Source of the DNA: Monosiga brevicollis MX1
Taxonomy: Eukaryota
Assembly: GCF_000002865.3 (NCBI RefSeq)
Contig: NW_001865083.1
Span: 92,097 to 128,482 of the forward strand
DNA length: 36,386 bases
Direction: 5' to 3'
The position numbers and the translations under genes are program-made. Within the stretch, counting starts at the first letter, position 1. Every line of letters starts with the position of its first letter. Below the pieces are notes generated by a model, which was not told the DNA's origin, made no database searches, and saw only the letters and a program-made list of their open reading frames with translations. Below, in pieces: positions 1 through 12,900 of this stretch.

Positions 1-100
1 GGGCGCCTTTGGGGCTGCCGTTGGCTCTCTCACCTTGTCGTCGTCGTCGCCGCCGTCTGTGTGTGTGTGTGTGTTTTGGGATTTTTTTTTGGAGTGGCCT

Positions 101-126
101 GAGAGAGAGAGAGAGAGAGAGAGAGA
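101..126. repeat. (GA)13 microsatellite
   Basis: Perfect GA dinucleotide run read directly. Confidence 0.95.
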
Positions 127-998
127 AATGGAGGAGAAATTTCAGAGACAAGTTGTATTTCTGTTCAAAATCATCGCCTTTGAGCTTTATATTAAGTAAT
201 GTTTAAGAGATGGTGTTAACAAGGAGGTTGGTTTAAGAGCCAAAGGTAAGACTACCAAAGAGCCACGCATGCAAACAAAGAGCCTACATCACATGATGTG
301 AGCTTTTGTTCAGCAGCTGACCTCTTTCTCTGAAAATCGCTTGTTGGCCAGATCCTTCTCTGATTCTTGCTTTAATTTCTCTCTACGTGAAAGATGCCTT
401 GAGCGCTTTTCTCTTCTTTTCAAAGGGTGCCACCTGCCCCTCTCGTAAGGATTTCGCAATGCTGCACATGCATCAACAACCAGAAAATGACATTTGCATC
501 CCTAAACTTGATTTACTCACCTAGGCCATCAGTTAAACACCGTATATTCCAGGTTGATATAGAAAACCTGTTTCCAGTACCTTACGTCACCTTTATCTGG
601 CGCATTGGGTTCATGCAGATTATTCATGGGTTTGTGAAGATGGCCGTTTGCGCATGTTTTCATCTCACTTTCGACGCTCGACGAGCCCATAGCACACGCA
701 GGTTGTACCCGAGCAGGTACTCCCTGAATGTCCTCTGGACAGGGTCGACTGGGCTGTATGCGCGTCGCAGGACACAGACACCCCTGTCAACCATCAACAA
801 CCGGCCTCGGCTTCAAAAGCTACTGGCATTTTCCGAGTCGTGTTTTTTATTTCGTAAAGCCGTGGTCACCGGATTCAAGAAAACACGCTTCCAGATTTTT
901 TTTCCTTAATTATCCAGATCCAGATAGTCAGCGACGTCGCGTCAAGCACACAACGTGGTTGATTAGAGACACAAGCACAAACACACACACAATGGCGT

Positions 999-1877
999 TT
1001 AGAAGGCGCCCTTGACGGGCTCGAGCCACTCCTTGAAGCCCTTGGGGTCGTTGCCGGTAATGTCCTTAAAGTCCGAGGTGGGGGTGGTCACCATCTTGTC
1101 TCCGGCATCGACGTACTTGTAGAGCTCCATGACACCGGCGGCTTGCCACTCGGGCAGGCCAATGTCCATAAAGGCCTTTTGGGCAGCCTCGTAGGGAACC
1201 TGGACGTAGTCAATCTGGCGGCCGAGGGCGTCTGAAAAGACCTTGGCAATCTCGGCGTGGCTAATGTTCTTGGCCGAGGTCAGGGTGTAGATCTTGTTCT
1301 GGTGCTTCTCCGGGTTGGCGAGAATGGTGGCGCTGGCCAGGCCAATGTCCTCCACGGCGATGGGGCAGTAGGCCGCCTCGGGCTTGACGGGGGCGTAAAT
1401 CTTGTTGTCGCCCTTGATGCCGGCGGCCAGACCCCAGAAGTTGTCAATGAACATGGGCAGGCGCAGGATGGCGTACGCCACACCGCTGGCCTTGAGGTGG
1501 TCCTCAACGGGGCCAATCTGCTTGCCAAAGCAAGAGTCCGAGTGCGCGGTGGGGAAGGAGACGACGACAATGTACTTGGCACCGGCCGCCTTGGCAGCAT
1601 CAATGGCACCAATCGTAATCTTGGTGCGGTCAATGTGGCCGGGGGTAATGATATAGACGGCATCGGCGTTCTTGAACTCGGCCTTCATGTTCTCGGCATC
1701 GTTCATGTCAATCTTGGTGAGCTGAATGTTGTCACCGGCCTTCAGGGACTGGGCCTTCTCGGCCGAGGGATCGCGGACGCCGGCCTTGACCGTGACCTTG
1801 GGGAAAGCCTTGGCAAAGGCCTGCACCGTGGCTTGACCCACGTAGCCTGAAGTACCGGCAATGGCCACAAAAGACAT
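999..1877 (-). CDS. NmrA-like / atypical SDR NAD(P)-binding oxidoreductase (292 aa, intronless CDS)
   Basis: The ORF from ATG 1877 reads MSFVAIAGTSGYVG, a Rossmann GxxGxxG motif right at the N-terminus. It continues with AGVRDP, AIDAAKAAG, the helix VEDHLKASGVAYAILR, PIAVEDIG and HQNKIYTLT, typical of the NmrA/TMR/YtfG-like family. Codons are strongly C/G-ending. The upstream ORF extension to 1985 looks like UTR/intron. Confidence 0.9.
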   Translation of the reverse strand: MSFVAIAGTSGYVGQATVQAFAKAFPKVTVKAGVRDPSAEKAQSLKAGDNIQLTKIDMNDAENMKAEFKNADAVYIITPGHIDRTKITIGAIDAAKAAGAKYIVVVSFPTAHSDSCFGKQIGPVEDHLKASGVAYAILRLPMFIDNFWGLAAGIKGDNKIYAPVKPEAAYCPIAVEDIGLASATILANPEKHQNKIYTLTSAKNISHAEIAKVFSDALGRQIDYVQVPYEAAQKAFMDIGLPEWQAAGVMELYKYVDAGDKMVTTPTSDFKDITGNDPKGFKEWLEPVKGAF

Positions 1878-1914
1878 GTTTGCTGTTGTTGTTGTTGTCG
1901 GGGTGCTTTGAAAC

Positions 1915-2164
1915 CTATGTGTCAAGGTGTCAAACATTAGGGAACAGCGTGTGTGGTGAGGGGCAACGGCTGAGGGCCAGATCAAAAAAAAACTTCAGAG
2001 CGCGATCGCGCACAGGAAGAAGAAGGACAAAGGGAAAAGAGCGAGAAGCGAGGTAAAAAAAAAAAATTAAAAAAAAAAGCTGAAACGAAAGGGCAGCCAG
2101 TGCCAGTGGCTGCGACTCGGCCTCAGGGCAAAGAAGGGAATATCGGATGTGAAGAAACACCCAC
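1915..2164 (-). other. putative 5'UTR intron of the NmrA-like gene
   Basis: Minus-strand donor caag|GTGGGT at 2164, internal T-runs, a branch-like CTAAT, and acceptor acacatAG| at 1915, 37 nt before the ATG. Confidence 0.5.
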
Positions 2165-3464
2165 CTTGATGGTCAAAATATGGCAGGAGCTGGCAGTGGG
2201 CTGGAAGAGGGCTGTTGTTGAGCTGCTTGAGCGACTGGAAGAAAATGCCACTGGATCGGGTTCCGCCCCTGCTTGTACTCGAGTGCCGTGGCAATTGTGG
2301 GCCAAAACCCAAGCTGGGGGGTTTGGGGCACCTGCAGTGGCTGGAGAAAATCCAAAAGTGGGGTGTGGGTGTTGTGGCTGCTGCCGCTCCCATCTCTACG
2401 AGGATCGCTGCGCATGGATAGAGGATCCAAGGGTCGTCTCCTTCTCCTGCCGTTTTGGTCGTCATGGCACTGGATGACGCGACGCCGTCATGCCGACATT
2501 TGATGATTCTCTCGCGCGCAGCGATCCCGATCCTTGCGGTGTGTGCGTGTGTGTGGGGGGTTCATGTGTAGCGCGTGTGCTTTTTCTCTTCGGCTCATTA
2601 ATCACGTCATCGTTATCGCTCGCTGCCACTGCTGCTGTCGCCGCCGCCGCCATCAGGGTGCCGCCGTAGTCACTGCGGTTTTCTTTTAAAAAAAAGATCC
2701 TATGGGCGGTTTGACCGCTCCGGTCACCTCTGAGTTTCGAGACGCTTCGATCCGTTTCTCTGACTTTGCCTTGGCATTTGCCTTACGCTTTGCCCATGAT
2801 TTGACCAGGTCTCTGCCAACGCCTTGCGGCCAAAGCTGCCTCTCTCTTACTCTGTCATGACTTGAATGTCGGCTTCGTGATGCATGAGGACCCGCCACGC
2901 TCAACAATCCCATTCTCTGTCTTGTATATCGTGCTGGAGTACCATCTCCAATTTCGCTTCACCACTCGACAAATTCTCTCTATTGTCGTTGATTTTCTCT
3001 CTACGGAGGATTCAACGTAGGTGTCAGTCTCTGAAACAACGGCTTGCAAGAACACATTCTCTGCCTCACTACCATGCCATCCCCCACATCTCTGGTTGCA
3101 AAAGGCTCCAGTCACCCAGGAGGGTACGAAACATCTGAATAGGATAAAAAGGACGCCATCGGCTTGATTGGCGTCAGAATGAATTCATCCGTCATCGTGA
3201 CTCGACTCGCACATGCTTGGCGAGTTCGTGGGAAGGCTGTGGATACCCTCACCATGATACCACGACGTCTGTGGCTTATGTTTGGCAGATAGTTGGCTTA
3301 TACGTGGCTGTGGCTTGGTTAGTCTGTGGATGTCTTGGTGCGCAAGGCAAAAGTATTTCGATGGTCTGGGATCCATGTTGAGCGTAAAATGACGCTCGAA
3401 AGGTTTGGTATTTTACTTATTTTTGGTATTCTTTCATTTCTTGCTGGAACACGTTTTGTCGTCT

Positions 3465-3617
<153 letters not shown>

Positions 3618-3657
3618 CGGCTGCGGACGGTATAAGAATCATTTTTTGAATCAGCGC

Positions 3658-3711
3658 GCTGCTGCTGCTGCTGCTGCTGCTGCTGTTCTCGTCGCTGCTG
3701 CTGCTGCTGCT
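3658..3711. repeat. interrupted (GCT)n trinucleotide repeat
   Basis: Two GCT runs separated by gttctcgtc. Confidence 0.9.
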
Positions 3712-3989
3712 GTCGTTCGCGTGGCTGTCAGAGTCGGAGGGTTGAGCAGAGGGAGCGGGGAGAGTTTCGGGGTGATCTCCGATTCGATGGCGCTGGAGGC
3801 GCTGTTCCCGCCCCTGTCCTCGCTCCTGTTTTAAGAGCATCAGTGACGACCATCGCTGCAATCCCGATATTCTATAGATATACATCCGGGTATCCGATCG
3901 ACACGGTGTTTCCAGCTCACAACCAACTAACCCGGCGCCCCTCTCCCCCTTGATTTCACCTTGGGGCGGATCTTCCTGAAGCTGAAAGC

Positions 3990-6900
3990 ATGGCCGAGGC
4001 GACGGCAACGGCGGTGGCCACGGCCAGCGGTACACTGCAGCAACTGCTGCTCCTGGCCAAAGGGGGCAGCACGCGGGAAACGCTGGCTTATGAACTTGTC
4101 AACGATTGCCATGGACACTTGCAAGCCTGTACCGATGCCCGGCACCTCGATCTTCTCGCCACCCAGCTTCTCAGTGAACAGGATGGGCTTCTCGGTTTTT
4201 TTGCAACCCTGCGCAACCGCCAAGTACGCTGCCATCCCCACCCCGTCCCGACTCCTCCCTTGATTGCTGCGTCCGCTGGCTGTCCCTCCCTTTCTCAACC
4301 TCTCACCCCCACACCCTCTCACCCTCTCTCACCCTCTCTCGCCCTCTCCAGAAGCTTCCCCAGGCTGCCGGAAGCGAGTACGGCAAAGCCAAAGCCCATG
4401 CCCTCGCCTGTCTCGGCCTGCTGGTGGCTCGCCTATCCACAGAAACCCTCACCCGCTACCTTCAACCCCTCATGGTTCGAACCTCGGTGGCCTGTTGCAC
4501 AATCATATCACGCTCCTCAAACGCCCGCCCGATTCGACCCCATCCCCATCCTCATCCTCGTCTCGACCCCGTCCTCCTCCCCCTTTTCCTTCCTCCCTCC
4601 CGAACCCTTACCCCTCATTGCCCTTACCCCTCATTGCTTCTGCTCCTGCCTTACTTAGCGGCATGCCCAAGCCCTGTTGCAAATCAAGAGTGAAAAATCT
4701 GCCGTCAAAACAGCCGCCGCCACCCTAATGATTCAAATTCTCACAACCGACAGCCTCATTACCCCGGACAACAGCGACGCCCTCTTTGATGAACTTCAAA
4801 TTGTCAACCTCATGAGCATGTACGCACTTCAGTCAGGCGGACGGAGCCAGCCTCATGCCGGCCTTGCGCCAATCGCACACGCTCCCTCCTCACGCGGTCC
4901 CTCCCTCGTCCCGACAGGCTACAAGGCATCTTCCAAAGCAACGTCTCGGCTACACCTTCCACCGTCAAAGAACGCGTTCTGCACCTCATGGGTGTGCTCA
5001 TTCGACACTTTCCCAGCCTTGCGGGCGTGACCGGCGCCGATGGCCGTGCCCTTCTCATTAGTGTCCTCCATGCCAACGTGCGTCACCTATCGTTGCTCTG
5101 CGCCTGCGGGTAGGGGGGTTGCTCAAATAATATTAACCGCAAACCTTTTCGCCGCCCCTGCTTCCCTTTGCAGATGACCGGGAAGCTGGATTGGCCCATT
5201 ATTGGGGGCTGCTTTCGAGGCCTGGCTGGTACTCTTGTCCTCGAGTATCATGGCAAACGTCTGAGTGGCAAGTCTTCCCCATTGAACCTCCCCCCTTCGG
5301 TATCCAAAGTCCACCCATCAACCAACCCTTGCATCTGTTCTCTTCCCCCCACCCCCGTAGTCACCTCGGTGCAAATGCGACAAATCTACGAACATGTGGC
5401 CAACATGACAAAAGCCAAAACGGAACAGGCGCTCAAACGCTTTGAACCCATCCGCGCCGCGCTTGATCTCTTTGCCGCCGACGCAGGTACGAGACATCCT
5501 TCCAGGCTCATGGCATCGGTAGTCGCCACCGCGCACATACCATGTGTTCTTCGACCGCGCGCACGCCCCTCTGCCGCCCCTCCGCCGCTCAGAGCACCTC
5601 GACTCGTGCCATTTATGACCTTGGCCAACCGTAGCCCATCTGCAGCCGTTCTTCACGGCCTCGCAAAACACTTTTGAAGCCTTGCTCGTCAATCTGGACC
5701 GCCTGGCCAAGAACAGCAACCACGACCTCAGCGTCGCTGCACAGGGTGCTCTTGAAGCCCTCTTCCAATGGACCGCCCACTTTCTCGCGCAAGATCCCGC
5801 TCGCGACAGCGAGGCCGTCACCGAAATCAAGGGCGTCATGTATCAGCACCTCGTCAACGTTTTCAGCAACATGTTGGCAGCTGAGGTGACCCCGCCGTTC
5901 TCCCTCTCCCCTGTGCTCATCCCTGTTGTGTTTTTCTTGCCCCAAGCGCTTCTGTGTGTGAACGATTGGCCCAGCCCATGGATCTTGGTCGCCGCAAACG
6001 CTGACTTTGCTCCGCTCTCGCTGCCGCTTTTCGAAACGTTTGCCCGGCTCCATTAAAAAAAAAAATGGCACAAGGATCTGACGCCTAGACACCGTGCCGT
6101 GGCCATCCGTGGATTTGGCTTTTTGGCCGCTGCCTGCAAGTGCATGCGACCACCCGAAGAGCTCCAACGGCTTTCCGATCGCTTCACCGAGCGCTGCCAG
6201 CAACTTTATGCTTCGAACGGTGACGATGTGGACGGCGAAGACTCCGCCGCCACCAAAACTCTTGATCACGAAGTGCGCCACTCGACTGCCCACCCCGGAG
6301 CTGGCCTTGCACCCACACCCGTTCAAGCTTCAACACTCACATTCATCTCTCCATGTGTGCCTGCTTTCGAATCGGTGCTCCCACTCGCCAGGGGGATCGT
6401 CTCTATCAGCTGAGCTCCTACATTGATGCGTTGGCCCGCATCGTTGCAGTGTTGCCCTCTCCCGCTGCACATCATACCACCATGCTCGAGAGCATGGTTT
6501 TGCAGCTTTTCGAACACCTCCCCCGGACTCATATCAAACGAGTATGTGAGCTGGATTGGACTGGTGCCGCGCGTCGTTTGTCTACACTCCTAGTCAACAG
6601 CGATCTCTTCCAGAATCCATATGGCCTTCCCTTCCTGCCCTAGCCTGAACGGCTGCTCACGCTCGCTTGTCCTGCAACCTGCCTTGCCTTATTCAAGCGC
6701 TTCGGTGCCTATAAAAGCCTTTCCCGCTGCCTTGCGACAATGTACAGCCGCGGCGCCGTTGTGCAATCCTTCTTCTCTCAAATTTGTCATCAGGTGCGCC
6801 CGCCTTTCGGAACCCTCTGTCTTCATCAAGTTCCTCGCTTTTGCTTTGTCTTTATTCAACCCACCCCTCTTGCCATGCCTCGCGTGTCTCTCACTGCATC

Positions 6901-9900
6901 TCGTGGCACCGGCGCACCTTCGTTTCAGGGCGTGGTGCTGGCGTGTGTCTATGGCGTGCAAGCCAGCAACAACCCCGATGCCTCACCCATGGAGCGCGAG
7001 GCGCGCAACATCATGGTCGAAGCCTTTGCGCACCTGGTCTCCCAACCACCCCCCACGTCCGTCACAGACGTCGATGGCGGAGCCTCTGGGACCGACGTGA
7101 TGGATCACATGTATGCTGCCACTCTCGAGGCCATCATGCAGGTCCTAGAAAAGTTGGATCTCTCTGCCTTCGTGCCTACCGATGGCGACGCACGTTCTCA
7201 AAGTGCAACAGCCGCCCCATCCTCCCAGGCCATCACAATGACCTCTGCAGCCACAGCCAGCTTGGACGATTTGCGTGCCACTCGTGCCAAAGACTTTCAA
7301 GTGTGCTTCCCGCCCAGTCTGCCCGACATCGTACCGATACCCCCATCATCAGCCAGCTGACAGCGACTGTGCAACATGTTGGTTTGGCCTTTAGATTTTA
7401 CAGCAGCTGGTGGAGTTTACCACGGCCGTCCTACGTCAAAGTCGGCGCGCACCCTTTCGGAATTGGTATTTTCTCATGGCACAGCGACTCGTGCGACGGG
7501 CTACTCAGGTATGCCGCATGTAATGGCAGCGCCTTGTTCTCGTAGTAGCGGGGCATGTTACCTTTACCCCTCTGTGTGGGAGGCGGGCGGGCAGATGCTG
7601 TCGTTTCAAGTCATGCGCTATGTTTCCTTGGGCGCAGCATCCATACGTAAGCGGTCTCTATGCCCTCTTGACCACGGCCAACGAGCTAGCAGAGGAGCTG
7701 GGCCTGTTAAATGAGCACCAAAAACTCGAATCTTTCTTGGAGAACCACGTCACCTTGATGGGGGCCTTCTGTGCCACCGTAAGTCTACCTGCCGCGGGCC
7801 TCGTGGTATTGCTCGAGCCATTGCTCTTGGTCAGTGTGCACAAGCGACGCCCGCTCTTGCTGATTTCTTTTCTCAATGCGTGTAGGTCATGCGTCAGTGC
7901 AAGCAGTTCAAAGATGAGCTGCTCACCACATGCCTCCGTTTCTTGGTCACGTGCCCCACGGTCGTGGTCAAGTCGCGTACCGAGGTGTTCATTGAAGCCC
8001 TTGATACCAGCCTGAGACTTGGCATCGGGTCGGTCAAACTGTTTCCCTGCTGACCACCTTGCGTTTGCTCCCTATCGCGTGCGCAATGGGTTGCTCCGCC
8101 CACAGCCTGGCATCTCAAGGCCTGCCCCGCGCTTTGCCTTGTCTGCGTAGATACCTGCCGCTGGCCGAGGCTGCTTTGGCCAGCCTACAGCGCTGGCTGG
8201 ATGTTCTGGGCCTCGCTGCCTTGCAGCCTCATCTTGCCCCTCTGCTTCGGCGCTTCGATCAATACCTCACGGCGCAAGCGAGCGCGACCGACGACTTGAA
8301 CGCCGATGCTGTCATAACAGACGGCCAAGCTAAGCGTACACAGGGCGGAGCCGCGCGTTCAAAGCCTGGTGCGGTGGAAGACGATGGACTCGCTCCGCTT
8401 GATCGTGTCAAGGGCACCATCGTCACTCTCCTGGGCCAGTTTGGACTCGATGTCAGCCACCACCTCGCGTTGATCGGTTCCCCCGAAGACGCCGAGGCGG
8501 TCCCCACTTGGGTGGCTTGGTCCGCCTCGCAAACCTTGCCATTGACGGTGCCCTTCCCTGACATCAAGCCCAGTATCAAGTTGGCTCCGCTTTTGCCCCG
8601 CATTGTTGATCTGGCCACAAATGCAGGGGATCGTCAAACTCGCACTGCCGCCTGTGAGCTACTGCACGCTATTGTCCTCTACATCCTTGGTCGCGAGGCT
8701 GTTTTGATTGAGGACAACAAGGATGTCATGACCGACCTCTGGCGTCATATCTTCCCCGTCATGATCCAACTGAGTTGCGACCTGGACAGCGTGCCCCAGC
8801 AGCTCTTTGAACTTCTGACGCTGCAAGTTGTGCGCTGGTTTACGGACAGCCGCATGTACGAGTACCCCAACACGGTGGCGCTGATCACGGCCATCTTGGA
8901 CGCACTCTGTGATGCATCCAACACCAATCTGCGCGAGTTTGCCGCCCGATGCGTGGCGGAATTCTTCACCTTTGCCTTGCGGCGCAAGGGCGCAGAGAAC
9001 CCCGAGCGCAAGACCGCGCTAACCAGTCTGCTTCTACGAATTCGTGCCATGGCTGCACATCCCTCCATCTTCCAGCGCCTGGGTGCCGCACTCGCCATGC
9101 GAACCATTTATCGCAAGCTGCGCGAGTCAGCCCCCCTTGTCTCCGTGTTTGGCTTGGACCTGACTGTAGCCTTTCTCACCGGTCTTCAGCACTGTGAGAA
9201 TGACCCCGAGGGCGCGGGCACATCTGAGCGGCTCACCGAGGTCGTGATGGACTGCAAGCGCATGCTCATCCACCACGTTCGTATACTTGCCCTGCTGTGG
9301 CTGCATGACCGCCATCTCTTGCCTGTGCCTGTGCGCGCGTCGCAAGGCCTTGATGTGTGACCTCACCTTTCTTGTGCTTTTTTTTTTCTCCCCCCAGGCC
9401 GGAATACTCAATAAACCTGAACGACATCGGCGTGGACCAGCTTCTTGGCCTCAGGCGGTGCTGTCCAATCTCGTGGCGCACTGCTTTGGGGGCTTTGGCT
9501 GGACCTCGGCACCGGCCCGCCATGCCGCCATCGACCTCTTCATGCACCTCGTGACCAAGATCCCGGGCCCCGATGGACACGGAGCCATGCGCCCTCAGCA
9601 GTACCTCACGCGCCCAGTGGGCGGCTTCACGCCCGGTCTGATTGAAAACCTGAAGCGAGGCCAAGTTGGAGATGCCACCATCGCGACTTCGCATCTGGGA
9701 TCGAGCGCAGTCTTGCGCTCGCTACGCAGCCGTGACTACCAAGAAGCTGCCCATTGGCTTCGCGCTCTGGCTGCCTGTCTCGAGGGGTATCACCTGATTA
9801 TTAAACACGGGCTGGTGTCCCCCGAAACCCTGGCAACGATGATGAGCTCGGAGCAGTGCACCATTGTGCCAGCTCTGCACGAATTTCAAGAGGCTTTGTT

Positions 9901-12900
9901 GGGTTCGGGCACCTGGCTTTACACGCATTTGGATGCTGCGCTTCGCGATATTGTATGCGGCGTACTCGTTCGCAATCTCCGCTTCATTGAGGTGGTTCTG
10001 CGCAACCCCGCTTTGACGGCAGCCCTAATCCCGCGCCAGTTCCTCAATGCTCAAACAATGAAGATGATTAGCACCTTACTCTTCAACCCAGCCCATCTGG
10101 GCTTTAACGCCGCATCGCAATCCATCATGGCTCAGCTGCAGCAAGTGCTGGGTCAGACACTGGATGCCGTGGCACACGCCTCGACCGACTCGGCTATCCG
10201 GCAGGAACTGGAGCAGGATTTGGCCACGTGGGACGAAATCAAGACGTTGTTTCCACTCAAGCTGGCCCAGAACATGGGCGCTGGCCACGAGCGAAGCCTT
10301 ACCCTTTTGCCGTTGGCCCGCAGGCTGGCTACGGGCTATCAGCTCCTGCAGGCCACCGGCTTGCTTAAAGGTCTGCTGCCAAAGCCCGCTGATCAAGTTG
10401 CTAAGGAGCTGGTTCAATCACTTTTCTTGCAGACACAAGGGCGCCTGCACCCCAGTAGCAAGGAGACTGGTTTGGTGCTGTTGGAACTGGCTTTCAGCCT
10501 TTATCCTTGCACAGACGCGCTCCTCGCATGCTTGCTGGATGAAGAGACAGTGCTATTGGCGACTCCCGTTAGCTTGTACGATGCCCCGGCATCAGCGACA
10601 CAAGGTATTCAGCAATCCAAGGGACTGCGGTTCTACGAAACGTTTCGGACTTGCATTGCGGGATTTGTGGCGCGACACACCACCGTCTTGATGCCGGATC
10701 TCGCGGTACACGCGCGTGTACCAGTGGTCGTGCATGTGCTGGCCGGTGTATTTGCGCAGCTCACAGCCGCGGCAGATCTAGCACGTTATCGACGCGAGGC
10801 GTTGGCCGCCTTTATGCGTGCTTTTCCCACGCTTCATGAAGCTCTGTCCGATCAGCCGAGGCTGCTGGTGCGCTTGGTAGAGCAGGCATCGCGGTGTGGA
10901 CTGCCACTTGCCGAAGTTGTGGCCGGCTTGCACCCGACCGCCTTTCGCCATGTGTGTGCCGATCTGGAATCCAATTCAACCTTGGCCGAAAAAGGTGTGT
11001 AGCTCTCTCGTTTCTTACTACCTGCTTCTCTCCCTTGTGTGTTCTTCTGGTTCTTCATGAAAGAGGTCTGGTCAACGTATTCTTGACCTGTGCCTCATGT
11101 GCCAGTCTCATGTGCCAGTCCAAGAGCCCTTGGGGCCTCATCCCTCCCTCCCGCGCGCCCCTCATGATTGATCGCCGCCCTTGTTGCCACACGCAGCGGA
11201 CTCGCGACAGCTGATTGGCGTGCTGTGCTCCGTACCCGCCGTGCCTCTGGCGGGTACGGAGGACCTCATGCCAAACGTGGCTGCCGATAGCGTGCGAAAA
11301 ATGTGTGGACAGTTCCCCTTTCAATCGAGCGAGTATGGTCCCGGCACGACCAAGCGGCGCGAGTTGGTGGCAACCCTCAACGACGTCTTTCGTGGACTCG
11401 TCGTATCGGGTGCCGAACCGCTCTTCAAGGTATCACTCCGTGTGATAGGTCACGTTTTCTTTTGTAGTGGTTGTATGAGCCTGGTACAGGCTGGTCGAAG
11501 ATTATGAATCCTTTCTGTTGCTTTTTGACTTTGACCATCTCTTCTCCGATGCTCATCTGGCAATTGTCTCGCCGCCGCAACAATGACTTTTGGTGGCCTC
11601 GCCCTAGGTGGTGTTGGAGCTATATGTTAAGGAAGGAGAGGCGCATGTGCATCACGAAGGCTTTGTTCAGGCGTTTTCCAGCTTTGCAGCCCAAACTGGC
11701 CGAGCACCAGTGGTAGCAAGCGTTTTGCGCCTGACCTTCCGCGTTGCCGTGGACTTGACCAAGCCAGAGGCAGCGCGCAACGCCCTGGCACACCATGTTT
11801 TGCCGGCGCTTCTTGAAGGATGTGATGCAGCAGTACGCCGTGACTTTTATCGAGAGGAGATTACGGCCATCACCGCCATGCTGTCCAGCAAGCACCACTC
11901 GGATACGGCCGGGTGGAGCCGGGAGGTGGCATGCCAGCTCCTTGCGCAGATGTTTCGCTTACTCCCTGTACATGAAGTATACGGCACTCGTACGTCGCTG
12001 CGCCCCGTTCACACGATATGGCTTGCCAGTATGACTCAACAGCGGTCGAACTCACCGATGCCACGTCCAACCGCGCAGGTGCGGCCGTCAACCAGGCGTT
12101 TCACGACCAGGCCGGACTGACCGGTGCCGTGGCTGACAATTGCCTGACCAAAGCTGTGGTGGACAGCTTGCGTGGGTTTTTGCAAGACAAAACCACGCAA
12201 ATTCCCGGCCTGACCAATTTTCCGCAAACGCTCAAGCAAAAAGCCTTCAACACTCTGTTCCATGTCCTTGATTGCACGCAAACAGACCCCGCCAAGCGGC
12301 TCAAGTTTTTCACGACCCTTTGCTTCGAATCCAAAAAAGGCCCGAGTCCCATCGTTTGCGTTGCCCCCACCGCTGATGAGTACGATTGATTTGATTGCGC
12401 TCGCTCAACGTTCGTGCCCGCGCCTCCTCACCGGTGGCCTTGTGCGTCGGCGTCTAGGACTTTTGAATTTAAAGCTGAGCTCGATCAAGCTCCCACTCTG
12501 CGACTTCGCCAGTTGACGGCACTTCGCTCCTCCGCACGGGTAGGCACCGCACCTCTCCACCTGCTTTGAGCCCTATCTTGATACTCAACGCACTGTGCAT
12601 TGCGCCACATTGCGGTACAGACACAACACGGCACGCGATACCTAACATCGCAGCTCCTAGCCGACAGCAGCCTGAGTCAGAGCATGGCATCCTGGGCCGA
12701 TCCCAACGGTGCAAGCAGTCTTGAGGCAGCACCTGTCCCAGGGGCCGAGGCGGCCGGTGCCGAAGTCGAGCCCCCTAAACCGACAGAAGCCAAGAATTTG
12801 CCCGAACCCATGGATTTAGAGCTCGATGACGATGGCATCGACGAGGACCGCCAAGCTGGCTCCACCCTCACCCTGTCGGGCACACAATTGGAACTCGATG

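Noticed and set aside
1..60. Minus-strand donor-like acaag|GTGAGA suggesting the first exon of a gene running off the left edge
   Set aside because: Too little sequence to support; no coding evidence inside the window.
1257..1850. 197-aa plus-strand ORF and other ORFs overlapping the NmrA gene
   Set aside because: Antisense shadows produced by the strong codon bias of the real minus-strand gene. The same applies to the antisense ORFs over RPL9 and Sec14.
1915..2164. TPP riboswitch in 5'UTR or first introns (NmrA, RPL29, RPL9)
   Set aside because: I could not find the conserved CUGAGA plus ACCUGAU core by eye; an Rfam scan would be decisive.
3152..3175. Small hairpin gacgcca...tggcgtc
   Set aside because: An isolated 7-bp stem is expected by chance; there is no terminator or TE context.
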